DNA of 64,000 nucleotides, taken from assembly GCF_006345805.1 (NCBI RefSeq), contig NC_043010.1, forward strand, positions 16,244,001 to 16,308,000. The letters run 5' to 3'. The stretch's first letter is position 1, and every line of letters starts with the position of its first letter. Shown piece by piece: positions 1 through 12,940 of this stretch. A program made the position numbers and the translations under genes. The notes below the pieces were generated by a model, which made no database searches, had not been told where the DNA came from, and saw only the letters and a program-made list of their open reading frames with translations. Source of the stretch: Octopus sinensis. Its lineage: Eukaryota.

Positions 1-432
1 AACTATTCTTGAAATGAGTGTTTATAATCAAATATATATATATATATTCTTTGAAAATCTTTTCAATAGTAAATCTTAATTGAATTCCATTAAAATATGC
101 AGGAATAATTCTTTGTTATGACCCAAAAAAAGTAACACATTTGCTTTCCTCATAACATTTCCAAATTTGTTAAAGATTAAGTTAAAAAATTATTTGATTT
201 TTATCTGTTAGTATTATTTAAATAAATGGATTTAAACCTCTTACTATCCTGCAATTTAATACTTTGTTAACAATTAGATGATTGAATACTCCCGTTTTGT
301 CCTTTCTCTTTAGAGTTTTCCCTTTCTCAGTTGTACTTGAAATACGAAACTTGTTCATTTTGTCTCACCGCATCTACATCTTCTCGCTTATTTCACTGGG
401 GTCAAAAGTATTTTCTAACAAATACACTTACA

Positions 433-492
433 AATATCCGTCAAATGTAAATAATGTACATATTTTCCTCATCTCTTAAATATAGAACTGTG
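433..492 (+). mobile_element. 60-bp 5'-truncated retroposon tail with 13-bp TSD
   Basis: Direct repeat aaatacacttaca at 420-432 and 493-505. The insert matches sequence at 38039-38055 and the reverse complement of 37864-37895. Confidence 0.7.
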
Positions 493-949
493 AAATACAC
501 TTACAGTTTAAAGTATAAATTCCTTCAAGGTGATTTTCTTTCTAGGCTAGACATATGAATGCTTTTATTATTGCTAAAATCTAGAGTACAAATTTGGATG
601 AATTGACCTGCTAAGTTTGAACTAGTTAGATTAAGTCTGCAGATATATCTGATATTGATTTCTGTAATCCGATTTTTTTTTTTATTTTTTTTTTTTTTGT
701 CAGTATTGTCTGGTTTATTTGTGTGAGACTATCTGTACTTGTACATTTGTTACTGCTTTCTTTCTCTTCTGGTGTCATCTTATCATTTTACTATTAATCA
801 GTCTTCAAAAGTACAAGCTCTTTCATGTTATATTTAATATTTATTTTTCTAAATTCTCTTTTATTTCATAAATGTATAAGTCATAAAATGTTACTCAGCA
901 TCAGTATTCAACCCTTTCTTACTTGTTAGTAGTAGGATTATTATTGTTG

Positions 950-3240
950 TTATCATTATTATTGTATTCTTTTTAACTTGGATTTTGTTGTAAGTCTTGG
1001 AATCTTGCATGAGTAACAGGCTTTGCCTACTGCAGCCTGTGTGTGGGATACCAATGCTAGTTGTTCTCTTCAACTATCTAATATTTTCCTGATGATTCTG
1101 ATTGTGCCAAAGAGGCAAACTTTTTCTAACAACTCTTCCGAATACTCTGTTCCCTATTATTATAATAACGATAATCTTTTGTGTTTGTATGGAATAATAA
1201 TATCTGACATACTCTGCTTGTTGCTGGAGGTGTCATTAATGAAGCAGTGTCCACTTCCTGTGAACTAAGCTGGTACTTTTCAAATCACAAGCACTTTGCA
1301 GACACTCTTTGCATTGCCAAGTAATGCTCTTTCCTGAATGTGCTCTATCTTCATGTTTATGCCTATCTTTTCCTACTACTTTTTCAATTTCCTTTGCTTA
1401 CTGTACCCAAGGACTTCAACAATTAATGGCACAATGTACACGTTTTTCATTGACTACAAATTTTGGATTTCTCTATTCAGAACTTCATATCATACAAGTT
1501 TTTCTCTCCTTTTCTTTCTTTTTTTTTTTTTTTTTAATGGTTATTTTACTGTCCCCAGAGCACATGATGTCTATGATTGAGCATAATTTTTCTCCCTTGT
1601 CTACCAGCACAATATCAGGTTTTGAATGTTCTATTCTGTGATCACATTGGATCATGAAATCCCAAAGTATCTTTGCTCTGGTTGTTTTCTGCTGCACTCT
1701 CTTGCTCATGTTTATACCATTTTCTTGCCTTTTCTATTCCAAATTTGTTCCACAGTTCCTAGTGAACCATTCTGGCAATATTGTCATGCCTTCTCTTGTA
1801 TTCTTTCTAAGTCATTTTGCTTCATTTGCTTAAAATATGTCACGCTCTCCAGTTTCACCACACAATCTGCATTTATTAGGTTCTAAGGAATGGTCTTTTC
1901 TGTGTAGTTGATGTAGTTTATTTGCAATACTTATTCCAGTGCTGTGCATATCAAGACCTCTGTTTCAGGTTAATTTTTGTCCACACCATCTTTTACCTGG
2001 ATCTGTGTTGCTTGGTATCTCTTAAGAACTGACTGTGCATCTTCTAGTCACTCCGCTTATTTCCTCTCTTTGTAATTCCTCTTGCCTTGATTGTGTTATT
2101 AACTTGTCTTCCTTACTTGCACAAGTAGTGCTTCCATTGCATTTCTTATAAACCAAGCAATATTGTTTTCCTTTGTCTCAATACAATCCTCACAACTTAT
2201 CAATTCCCACCTTTCTTTCTTGTTAAGTGCACCCTGTCAGCATTACTTTGTGAGTGAAATACACCATGCATTGTCAGCCATTTCCAAAGATTGTAGTTCC
2301 TCTGCTTGCCATCATATCACTCCTGCTCCATGTCTCAAGACGGCGATTGCCCATGTATTTTGGGCTTGGAGCTTAATCCTCCCACTCAGTTTAGTCTTCA
2401 GAATCAATCTCAGCCTTCTGTAATACTCCTCAGTGAATAGCTTCTTTTGACTTTCCATTAGTTCATCTATACTTCCAATATACCCAGATACTTGTAACTT
2501 ACCATCCACTTGTTTTACCTTCCCCCCTCCAATCGCAAATTACATTCTAATGTCCACACTATAGAAATTCACTATTTAAATCGGTGAATTCTGCTGGATT
2601 TCGTCCTTCCCATAAGCTTCAAGTTGTCCACAAAAAGTAGATGGTTGATCTTATCTTTTCTTTGAACTCAGATTCGGCTTTTCAGCAGGATCATACACAA
2701 AACAAAAAGCAATCTCCTTAGAAGATTCCACATTTGATTTTGACAAAGCTTAAGATCTGCCTTCCTCGGTAGTCCATCCATTCATACTTCTCATTAAGTT
2801 TATGGTATTGGTGGGCAATTCCAAATATTTTCAAACCATCCATAATCTATAAATGAGGAACCATACCACATAGTTTCTGGTAGTTTATGCCATCCCTAAG
2901 TAGGTTTTGCACTTTTTTGCAACCCTTCAGCACTTTCTTATCTATCATGAGTTGATTTTTTTTGGTCCCCTTCGTTCAGCCTTGCACGCTTCTTCCGCTT
3001 GTGCTATGTTATTCTGCTGCATAAACTCTGACATTGCATACTTTTGTTTCAACATGTTATACTTGCAATGATTCTGAAGTTCTCTATTTGTCTTTTCTGT
3101 CTACTATTGACAGATCACTCCTTATCCTTTTTTATGTCACCAACGATCCTCCTCTTCTACCATGGTTCATTGTCGATCCTTCTGTTCTATTTGCATTGAC
3201 ATCTTTCTTCAAATTCCATATTTTCTGTTGAAACTATATT
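950..3240 (-). mobile_element. Decayed R4/Dong-like (RLE-type) non-LTR retrotransposon, 3' part
   Basis: Minus-strand frames give RT remnants (HLLFVDNLKL near 2625-2655; EEYYRRLRLILKTKLSGRIKLQAQNTWAIAVLRHGAGVI) and the restriction-like endonuclease KILWDFMIQCDHRIEHSKPDIVLVDK...IIDI. Ends in an (AAT/AAC)n-type tail near 950. Many stops and frameshifts. Confidence 0.82.
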
Positions 3241-3298
3241 TGCTGCCTTCCTAAGTCTGTTAGTTTCAGTGATATTGTTTGTGTGTGTATTACAGTAA

Positions 3299-3749
3299 TA
3301 ATAATCCTTTCTACTAAAGGCACAAGGCCTGAAATTTTCGGGGAAGGGTTAGTCGATTACTTCACCCCCAGTATTTCACTGGTACTTATTTTATCAACCC
3401 AGAAAGTATGAAAGGCAAAGTTGACCTTGGCAGAATTTGAAGGCGAAATGCCACTAAGCATTTTATCCAGTGAGCTAACAATTCTGCCAGCTATCCACCT
3501 TAATAATAATAATAATAATAATAATGATGATGATGGTTTCAAATTTTACCATAAGGGCAACAATTTTTGCAGGGAGGGGAAAAGTCAATTTCATCGATCC
3601 CAGTGTTTCACTGGTACTTAATTTATCAACTCCGAAAGGATGAAAGGCAAAGTCGACCTTGGCAGAATTTGAACTCAGAATGTAGCGATGGGCGAAATAC
3701 CACTAAACATTTTGTCCAGTGTGCTAACAATTCTGCCAGTTCACCACCT
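3299..3749 (-). mobile_element. Two head-to-tail tRNA-derived SINE-A copies
   Basis: Reverse complement of the family seen at 16411 (tggcagaat..ttagcac, gagttcaaattc, ctttgcctttcatcc, aagtaccag). Copies are separated by (AAT)n. Confidence 0.85.
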
Positions 3750-3789
3750 TAATAATAATAATGATGATAAGTAGAAAAGGACATGATAA

Positions 3790-4620
3790 ACCATTATGCA
3801 ACAAGGAACTACACCATCAATTCCATGTACCCATGACAGAAGTTGCTGGAAAACCTAAGTGGGATTGGCTGAACCCTAACTCTGAAAAAGAGATTGAGAG
3901 CACTATACTGGCAGCACAAGAACGAGCTCTGGCCATGAATTGGAGGGTCAACCTTAGGAATGAGGAAGTGTCTCTGCTGTGCCACATCTGTAATAGAGTG
4001 GGTGAAACCATTGCCCATGTCGCAAACAAATGCTTTAGACTTGCCCCAAACCGCTACAAGTTGTGGTGACATGATAGGGTAGCAAAAGTGCCACATTGGA
4101 AACTGTAAGCAAAGTGGGGGCTAGAGAGAGGCAAGATATGATATGAGCACAAACTGCCGAGAGGTCTGCAAAATCCTCTGGGATTTCCCAATCCAAACAA
4201 ATCAGATGCTAGAGCAGAACACACCAGACCTTGTGGTGGTTGACAAGGTGCACCACATAGGCTATATAGCTGATGCTGCATGTCCCTTTGACCCACGAAT
4301 AGTCAAGAAGGAAGGTTAAAAAATAAATACAACCCTCTTAAGGATGAAATAGCTTAGCTACAGAAGATGGTGAAGGTACTGCCAATTATTTTTGGGTTCT
4401 TGGGGACAGTATCAGAAGGCATCAAGAGGAATATAAAGGAAATTTGAATAGAGTGCCCAGCAGAACTGTTACAACAGATTTGCCTCCTTGTTATGGCCAG
4501 AATAATCAGGAAAGTATTATAGTTGAAAAGAACTGGTAGCATGATATCATAGGCTGCAGGCAGCAAGCCCACTATACATGCAAAACTCCAGGAGTTCTAA
4601 GAAAACCTGAGATAAAAATT
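3790..4620 (+). mobile_element. Decayed R4/Dong-like retrotransposon, 3' fragment
   Basis: ESTILAAQERAL...LCHICNRVGETIAHVANKC (zinc-knuckle region), followed by HDRVAK and PDLVVVDK endonuclease remnants. The 3' end resembles that of the minus-strand copy at 950-1100. Confidence 0.8.
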
Positions 4621-5362
4621 GTTGTTGCTGCTGTTTAACAGAACTAGTGTTGTGCACTGTTTCATTACACTTTCTATCAAGCCACAACTTGTGGTCAAGG
4701 ATGGGAAGTATTTTCTATCTTGTGTACCAAAGTATTTTCTGCCCTTCATGTCTGTTCTTACTTTTTATTGAGGACTTTCCAGATGCTTCTTTCAGAACCT
4801 ATCAAACATGTTTTCTGCACTGCACCTACTCAAAGGTTTTCCAAAGTGTGTTCTCAAATTTTTTTCTCACTGTTTCCAAGAACCCAATAATAATCAACAA
4901 TAAAATGGTTTTATTAACTTCTCTGCCCCAGCACTCAATGTAAATTTGGATGAACTCTGCTTGCTCATTTGTGGGTAACAGGGAACTAATGAGGTGATAG
5001 ATTTGCCCTTGAACTTTAACGTCGTAAATTCATGTTTATCTTCTTAGATGCATCAAACGATGTCATTTGCAGAGTTGTATTATCTGATATTGTTCAGAAA
5101 ATCCAATGCTCCTTTCAACTCTCTACTTATGTACAGCTTTAGCTGTAATATTTTGTCTTTTAATTGATCTTATTTAGAATGCCATCAGTGGATCTGGTCT
5201 TCATCTATGATATTCATGGAAGGAAGCTGGTGTATTTTGTAGATCCATTAGACTTTTATCAACAAAGAATCACAACTGGTTATATTACGATTGATGCTAA
5301 TTTCTTTGTTTTCTGTTGTGCTCTCCTATAAAAAAAAAAAAAAAAATTACATTTCTTTCAGA

Positions 5363-5590
5363 TAACCTGACAGAATTGTTAGCACAATGCTGTTAAGCAT
5401 TTTGTTCATCTCCACATTCTGAGTTCAAATATTGCAAAGGTTGACATTGCCTTTTGTCCTTTCAATGTTGATGAAATAAGTACCAGTTTAGGACTGGAAA
5501 TGATGTAATCAACTACCCCCCCACACACACACACCACTCCACTAAAAAATTTTTAGGCCTTGTGCCTAGAGGAGAACGGATTATTTATTA
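5363..5590 (+). mobile_element. SINE-A copy
   Basis: acagaattgttagcac...ctgagttcaaat...gaaataagtaccag...ggccttgtgcctagagg. Confidence 0.8.
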
Positions 5591-5676
5591 GTGAATTAAT
5601 GAAAGAAAAAGAGGTGGGCTTGGAGAAAATAATCAGTAATGTTTCAGTGCCATCTATAAATACCAGTTTAGCTAAA

Positions 5677-6055
5677 ATCATCATCATCGTTTAACGTCCG
5701 CTTTCCATGCTAGCATGGGTTGGACGATTTTGACTGAGGGCTGGAGAACCAAATGGTTGCACCAATCTCCAATCTTGATTTGGCAGAGTTTCTACAGCTG
5801 GATGCCCTTCCTAACGCCAACCACTCCGAGAGTGTAGTGGGTGCTTTTTACGTGCCACCAGCACAGGGTCCAGTCAGGTGGTACTGGCAACGACCTCACT
5901 TGAATCCTTTTACACATGCCACCAGCACAGGTGCCAGTAAGGCGACGTTGCTAACGATCACGCTCGAATGGTGCCCTTTTACGTGCCACTGGCACAGAAG
6001 CCAGTTGGATGCTCTGGCAATGATCATACCCGGATGGTGCTCTTGGCACCGGGAT
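5677..6055 (-). mobile_element. SINE-C-like element with (GAT)n tail and internal 65-66 bp tandem units
   Basis: (cat)n gtttaacgtccgctttccatgctagcatgggttgg...ggatgcccttcctaacgccaaccactcc, followed by about 3 repeat units. Confidence 0.85.
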
Positions 6056-7317
6056 TTATTGACTGTGACCAGGAGTGCAGTTATCATGTAATTGATATTA
6101 CATAAATGCTTTCATAAGTGAATGATAAATCTAGGTTTCTGTGAGGTGACACGTTAATTTATTGAGTGTTAGAAAACTTTTGGATGGAATAGGTGAAGGT
6201 ATATCTTGGAATGCTTTTTTTAATGAGAGTTGGGTAGCTTCCAAGTTAGAGAAACTAACTGGAGATAGGAATTTAATGTCCAAGAATCAATATCTTGTAA
6301 ATATCTGTGAAAACACTTGTGCAATCAACTTGTATTCAACCTACCTTGGTAAGTAAAAGTGACGTCACAAGAAACACCAACAATGATCATTATGTCATAT
6401 TGGCAAATTTCACTCAAATTCCTGCAATATTCCTAGTTTTATGATTTTTATACTGGATTTGCTGCATCTCATCAATTTCTAACTGGATTGGGAGATTTAT
6501 CGAGAGAAAGCACAGTAGTTAAACAAAATTCTTAATCCGTAGAAGACAGTATGAAAATGACTTGAGAAAACCTTCCAACCTATTTCATGGTAGGAAACAC
6601 AGATGAGGGCAGCAAAAATCAAATTCCTTCATTCACTAAATGCCACATATCAGAGGGGGTTTCAAGTAGTGAAAGTGTAGAAAAGCTAATGGCAGTGCTC
6701 CAGCATGGCCATAACTCTTGAGCTGGAACTAGTGAAAAAATTCTTTAAAAAATTTGGTATTCATTTCTTTTCTTTTTTTTTTGGTACAGTCATTGTTGAA
6801 ATTCTTTTCCTATTTTGTCATTACCAACATTGTTCCTTATTTAACTAATGGTTCTTGATTCTTATTTCAACTGTTATTTTGTTTTCTTAGAATTTTGTCT
6901 GAATCAATAACTTTCCTCCAAGATCTGAATTGGCCTTTTTTTTTATTCTTTCTCTCACTTTCACAATAATCTTTCCTTTATTTCACTTGCATCTTCTGCT
7001 TTAATCACAGACATTGCAATGTTCCATTTGCTTTCTATTTTGCATTCTGCGACAAACTGAAATGCAGTTTTTTTTTTTTCTTTCTTTCTTCCATTTTTTT
7101 TTGTTATTGATTTGCAACTAAATTAGTGTCTCTTGACTATTTTGAAACTTGTTGAGGAAAAAAATTTTCTGTCTGGAGTATTTGGTTTAATTAGTAATGA
7201 GTTAGCTTCTTCATTCACTTGGACCTTAGAATTCAACATTAAACTCTTTCAACCTGTTTAACTCTGTTATAAATTTCTGACAGCAAATTTCTTTCTTGTT
7301 TGCACTAAAAACATATA

Positions 7318-7478
7318 CCATATTTTAACATGTATAAGGAACCCCCTAATTTGGGGGTTTAAAATTTAGAAAAAAGGTTTTGTAAGGGATTATAATACTA
7401 TCCATGTATAAGAAACTTCCATATTTTTTAAACCTAATTTTTGACAAAAATGGGTTCTTTATACGCGTTAAAATACAG
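7318..7478. mobile_element. pogo/Tc2-like MITE
   Basis: TA|ccatattttaacatgtataagg ... tttatacgcgttaaaatacag|TA: imperfect TIRs of about 22 bp flanked by TA. Confidence 0.75.
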
Positions 7479-9133
7479 TAATTCATCATCATTTTCTCTT
7501 TCTTGCTATTTATTTTTCATTTATTTCTTCTAACTAACTAAGTCTTGGTGGTTGAAATTTAAATAAACTGAATACATTAAAATTTTTTATCTATGATTTG
7601 TTATCAAAATGCTATGTAGTCTTTCATCGTTATAGTTTATTACATTAATGTAGCTTCAAAATAATTCAAAACTCTATGTAGAAACAAACCCACTTGTGCA
7701 ATCATGTACTTAGGCTGCTTCCAAAAACTTTTTTTTCCCTCTGCTGTTCTTTATCAAAACTATGATAGAATTTTATCTTGGTAATTTTTAGCTTTTAGTC
7801 CAAAGTCATGCTATCCTAAATATGCTCACATCTTGATTAGTCTGTTTACATTGCTGTATAAAAGCTCAGTTATGTTGAGATGTTGGAGAGAATCCAAATG
7901 GAAATTATTTGAAGAAGAAAACCTCCTCCTCCTTTTACTACTGACCTAAGTTAGAGTTTATATACTGTTATTGAATTAATTTTACTCTGTGATTGTAACT
8001 AATAATATAGTTAACCCTCTGGCTCATGTCTGTCTACTATGATAGTGATATAAAATAGAGTGAATGATAGCGTCACTCACCTGGGATGTTTGTGTGTGTG
8101 TGGTGTGAGGTGAAGGTTGTTAATGTTTGGAGAAAAGATAGAATGAGAAACAGACCTGAACACAATGGTACATCAACATTGTTAGAATTTGGGTTTGACA
8201 GTGAGTGAAAAGCAACATTTCATAACCAGTCTTTAACTTTTTGTTTCTGTTCAACCCTCTGCCGTCTGTTTCTAACCAAAACAGTGGAATTCAATGACTT
8301 CAAGAAAATTCTTCGGCTTGTAAACTTGTTTTCTAAATTTTCTAAACACTTCAAAAATTACTAATTGCTAATTTTTAGAAATGTTTCAAAACTACTCACT
8401 TTTAAGCATTATTATAAACATATTTAGCTGTGAAAATGCCCGTTCCTATTTCCAGAATTCATCTCACTTTGTTGTTAGATATTATGTTCTTCAAACTGAT
8501 GCCGAGGTAGCATTTTGGAATCCTTCTGTAAACATTATAATCCCTTTTAATCTTTGCTTTTAATTTGAAATTCTTTTCATAAATTAAGAATCTAGCCTAA
8601 AATTGATTTCATAAGAGCGTGCATATTGTTGTTGTTCAGAGGTAGTCTAGGTTTCCAACCATTAATGCACTTGCTAAGGGATACAACTCTACATTATTGG
8701 TTGAGGTGCCCTGGCTTTTTATACCAAAGTGGAATATGGGGTGAGGAAATTATTAACATCAAAATAAGTTAATTAGGATGAAGACTCGTATGTAAAAAAA
8801 AAAAATGTTAGTGATAGAGGATTATATATAATGAACTTTTTTTTACTGTAGTAAGAAATTTTGGATAAAGGATATTAACAAGTGAAAAACTGCTAATTTT
8901 CAGACTCATTCATCGTCTTTTTGTTTCTTGTTTTTCTATTCCAAACCCTGTCTCCTTCAGAGATATTCTCCCTCACAAGAGCTAAACTAATAACTTTTGT
9001 AATTGAAAGAGAATTATATAAAACACTTTCTAAATTACATGTAATTGTAATTAGTGGTGTACATTGTAATTAAATATGTCACTGTAATTATGTAACTAAA
9101 TTAACCGAACTGTGTGTGTGTGTGCTGTCAATA

Positions 9134-9342
9134 TTTGGCAGAAACGTTAGCATGCCAGGCGAAATGCTTAGCTTTATTTTGTCTGTCTTTATGTTCCGAG
9201 TTCAAATTCCACCAAGGTTGACTTTGCCTTTCATCCTTTCAGGGTCAATAAATTAAGTACCAGTTGTGTACTGTGGTCATTCTAATTGACTGGCCCCTCC
9301 CCCCAAAATTTCAGGCCTTGTGCCTAGAGTAGAGAAGAATAT
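9134..9342 (+). mobile_element. SINE-A copy
   Basis: A-box tggcagaaacgttag, B-box gagttcaaattcc, family body and tail. Confidence 0.88.
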
Positions 9343-9559
9343 TTGTCTAGGATTCAAGCTGTAGACTGATAAAGTATAATTTAGTTTATTAGCATTTAGC
9401 AAAAGCATTCGTTTAAGTTTCCACAGACCACTTAATGATATTGTTTTAAATAATTAATTTGTACTTACATTTTGATTTGTTTTAACAAATTTTGTTTTAT
9501 ATCTTAATGAATAATTACATTGTTTTATTTCACCTTCTACTAATCAAGTGGCTAATAAA

Positions 9560-10151
9560 TAATGATAATATTATTGATGTTGCAACTGTTGTCACTAACC
9601 TGTCTGTTCTTGAACATCACCCATGAACACATTCATAAGCGTTCACTCTTAGCAGCAGATGACTAATATATTATTACAGTTGGTAGCGGAAGCATTTTTC
9701 ATTGTGCACTCGGTTGCCATGGTTATCAATGAGCAACAGCAGCAGCGGCAGCAGCAGCAAGCCTACTGCTACAGAAATTGATGTTACCATTGATTTGTCT
9801 GTCTGCAATGGCTGGCTGATTTCTTCAACAACCTGTCCTGCTGCACTCAAGCCTCTCTGTAGTTTCTGCTTACGCCATTTTTAAGGCTACTAAATGTTTG
9901 CAGGCATGAATCATCAACGTCCAATGGTGGGGACGGGTGGATTTAAGGGGTAGGGGTGGGGGTGGGGGGGGAGACAACAACATTTCCTTGGATGTTTTTG
10001 CTTTAATGCCGTTAGCTTTTCATCTTTCTCTCATTATGTGGAAAACCTTTTGGCTCGGCAGAGATATTTGCTTACACCATTATAAAATGTGCTAATCGGA
10101 AAAAAAAAAATTAGAAAGAACCGTGTCCTGCTTCTCCATAGTCTCCTTTTC

Positions 10152-10186
<35 letters not shown>

Positions 10187-10380
10187 CACGCATATGTTTG
10201 TCTAGTCCCCACCGCCGCCACTAAACACTGCAGTAGTTATTTGGAGGAGGAAGCAGAAGAGGAGGAAAACACTGGCTGCAGCAAGCAATCCAGTAGTATT
10301 TAATTTATGCCTGTTTCATTGTTTTCTTTTTCTATTTATATTCATATTGGATACAGTGTGAATAATCCTGCTTCCCTTTC
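9560..10380. promoter_or_regulatory. Candidate promoter region
   Basis: Locally GC/CpG-richer non-repeat block with an RFX X-box-like GTTGCCATGGTTAT (9713-9726), a YY1-like CGCCATTTT (9873-9881) and a G-run cluster (about 9932-9972). Confidence 0.3.
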
Positions 10381-12609
10381 CAAGAAAACGGATAACATTG
10401 ATACAAGTGTTTTAGTTTATTAACTCAAGTTGTCTGGTTGATGTCAATTAAACATTCTGATATTCATAACATTGTTTCTAGTCCTTTTTAAAAATAGCAG
10501 TTTTGTCTATGAGAATACATTTTATCTTCTTAGCCTTGCAATATTTTTCAGTAGCAGATTCTTGTATAATCTGCTCCTTATACTACATTCCTTTTCCTAT
10601 TCTTCAGAGCTGTTATATCTGACAGATCAAGCACAAATTATTCCATAACAGCTCTCTCACTTAGTTTTATAATTCCTATTTGTTGCAATGGATTGAGGTT
10701 CTACAAGTTAGAATTACATTCTGCTACTCTTGTTCTTCTTTAAAAATCAAAACGAAATGAAAACAATATTTGACTTGCTACTCTCAACTTTTCTGATTTT
10801 GCTGTCTTTTAGCAAATAGATTGTAGTTACTGGTTGTCAAATTCCATGTAAGTACACAACTCCTGATGACAAATAGCAACTAAAATGAAAACATTCTACG
10901 GATGAAAATTCTTTTTTAACGAATAACACCTGCAAGAAATTTTGGCAAATAATGAAATTATGGCTGAACAGATGAGGTGGTTGTAATCCCAAAGTGTTTT
11001 AGGTAATTTAGTTTGACAGTTTGGAAAATATAGTTTTTAGAAGTGTTGATATAGGCTGCTAGCATTAACCTTTGGTTGTAACTGTGAGAAGCTGAATCTC
11101 TCTCCACCCACCACAAGTGAAAGATATAGGAGAAGAGTATAGTCTTGCCTCTTTTTACTAATCCAAAAATAAAGCTGGAACTGCCATAGAACTCTTAAAC
11201 AACTGAGTTGATCAGTCTTGGAAGTTGGTTCCTGCTTGTTTTATCCTCTTCAGCTGCAGCAAGGCTCTTGAAGTAGCACAGTAGAATAGAGAAACTGTTA
11301 TTTGTAAAGGGATGTAGAAGTGTATATCTGAGGAAATGTTTACATAATATATAAGTTTAAAATGTAGAATTCAAAACCTGGTGTAGTACGTTTTTAAGAC
11401 TTAAAATAAAGATTTAGTTTCTTTTGTTTTTAATCGTCCGGGAATAGTTCTGTTTTTCTCACTAGTAACGGAAGTCCTACAGTCTCTGGATTAAACTGTA
11501 TTAAAACTTAGTATCTACTTATTTTTATATATTATCCTCAGTGTTTGTATCTAGAGACAGTTATATTGGAGATGTCTCTGTTTTTCCTGTAACAACTCAT
11601 TGCTCTTGGTAGGTTTCTGAACAATGCAGCTGTTAAAAAAAAAAAAGACAGCTCTGTAATTGGTCATTGAGACCTAACATATAGGTTAGTATTAAGAGTG
11701 GAACAAACACAAATGAAGGTCATAGATGTTGTCGAATGAATGAAAATTGCAGAAATTAATATCTTTAGATAAGGAAACAGTATGATCTAAAGTTATGATA
11801 AAATTAGACAAGGTCAATTAAAAAATTTTGAGAAAGGTTAATTTAATCAACTTGTATGCACAAGCATACTCCCCAATAATTCAATTGTAAAACATCAGTG
11901 ATAGATAAGAGTAAAGGGACTGTGTCTAGGATGAGGGTTCCAACTATGGTGTTGGTTACTTTTTGAAGAATGCATCTCCATACTATTTGCATTTTCATGA
12001 CTCTTGTATACACATGAGTCATGTATATAAAAGAATATATTGATTAGAAAATGATTTCTGAAACTGGTAATGGTTTTCTACACTAATTTCCATTAAATCA
12101 TCATTGATCCACTCGTTATGCAAGAGAACTGATACTTTTAACCTTTTTTTTCTATTATACCAGGTTACATTATTTTAGAATATTGGATTAAAGTATTCTC
12201 TCCTTTTCATCTTCTATTTATTACCCTTTTACTTTTTGCTTTACTTGTCATTCTTCATCCTATGTTTTCTATTTGAAGCTAAAACATCTGTTGTGCTCAG
12301 GTTCCCTCCTGGCAGGATTTTGGACTTTCTTAAGGGAATTTTTAATATTCAAGTTCTGAATGAACCCAAGATTTATTCAGTTGACTGATCTTATTGTCAT
12401 TGGTTAATGTTGACCGAGTGTGGAGACAGCTTGGTAATATCTACTCTTCTGTGATTCAGGTAGAACCCAGAATTCCAGGAACTCCTCATACTTTCATAAT
12501 TAGATATTGATGATGAAAGTGATCTAGCAGCGATGACTTTCAGCTACACACATCATGAGTAACATCAGAATAGGAAATTGGGAATTATTTAAGAGATTGG
12601 TTGGTTGCT

Positions 12610-12893
12610 GGTAAGGCGTGGTAGCTTGATGAGTTTAATGGCTAAAATTAGATCTTGTTGCCAAGACAAGTTCAAAAGTTGGGTTCACTCCTACTGTGTG
12701 TGGCACCATGGGCAAGTACTATAGCCTTGTGAGTGGATTTAGTAGATGGAAATTCTGTGTATATATGTGTAAGAGTACAATAGAATAAAAACCAAGCTTT
12801 AAAAAAGATAAGTACTGGAGCTGATTTGTTTAACTAAAGTTTTTCAAGTTGGTGCCCAAGCATGGCTGCAGTCTAATGACTGAACCAAGTAAA

Positions 12894-12897
<4 letters not shown>
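12610..12897 (+). mobile_element. SINE-B copy, tail type 1, degenerate
   Basis: gggcaagtactatagccttgtgagtggatttag...gcatggctgcagtctaatgactgaaccaagtaaaag. Confidence 0.72.
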
Positions 12898-12928
<31 letters not shown>

Positions 12929-12940
12929 TAGATAGATATA
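12898..12940. repeat. (TA)n/(TAGA)n microsatellite
   Basis: Direct reading. Confidence 0.95.

Noticed and set aside
1-900. Exons of a neighbouring minus-strand gene (two gtaagtgta motifs near 431 and 504)
   Set aside because: The two donor-like motifs are the 13-bp TSD, and all frames between them contain stops.
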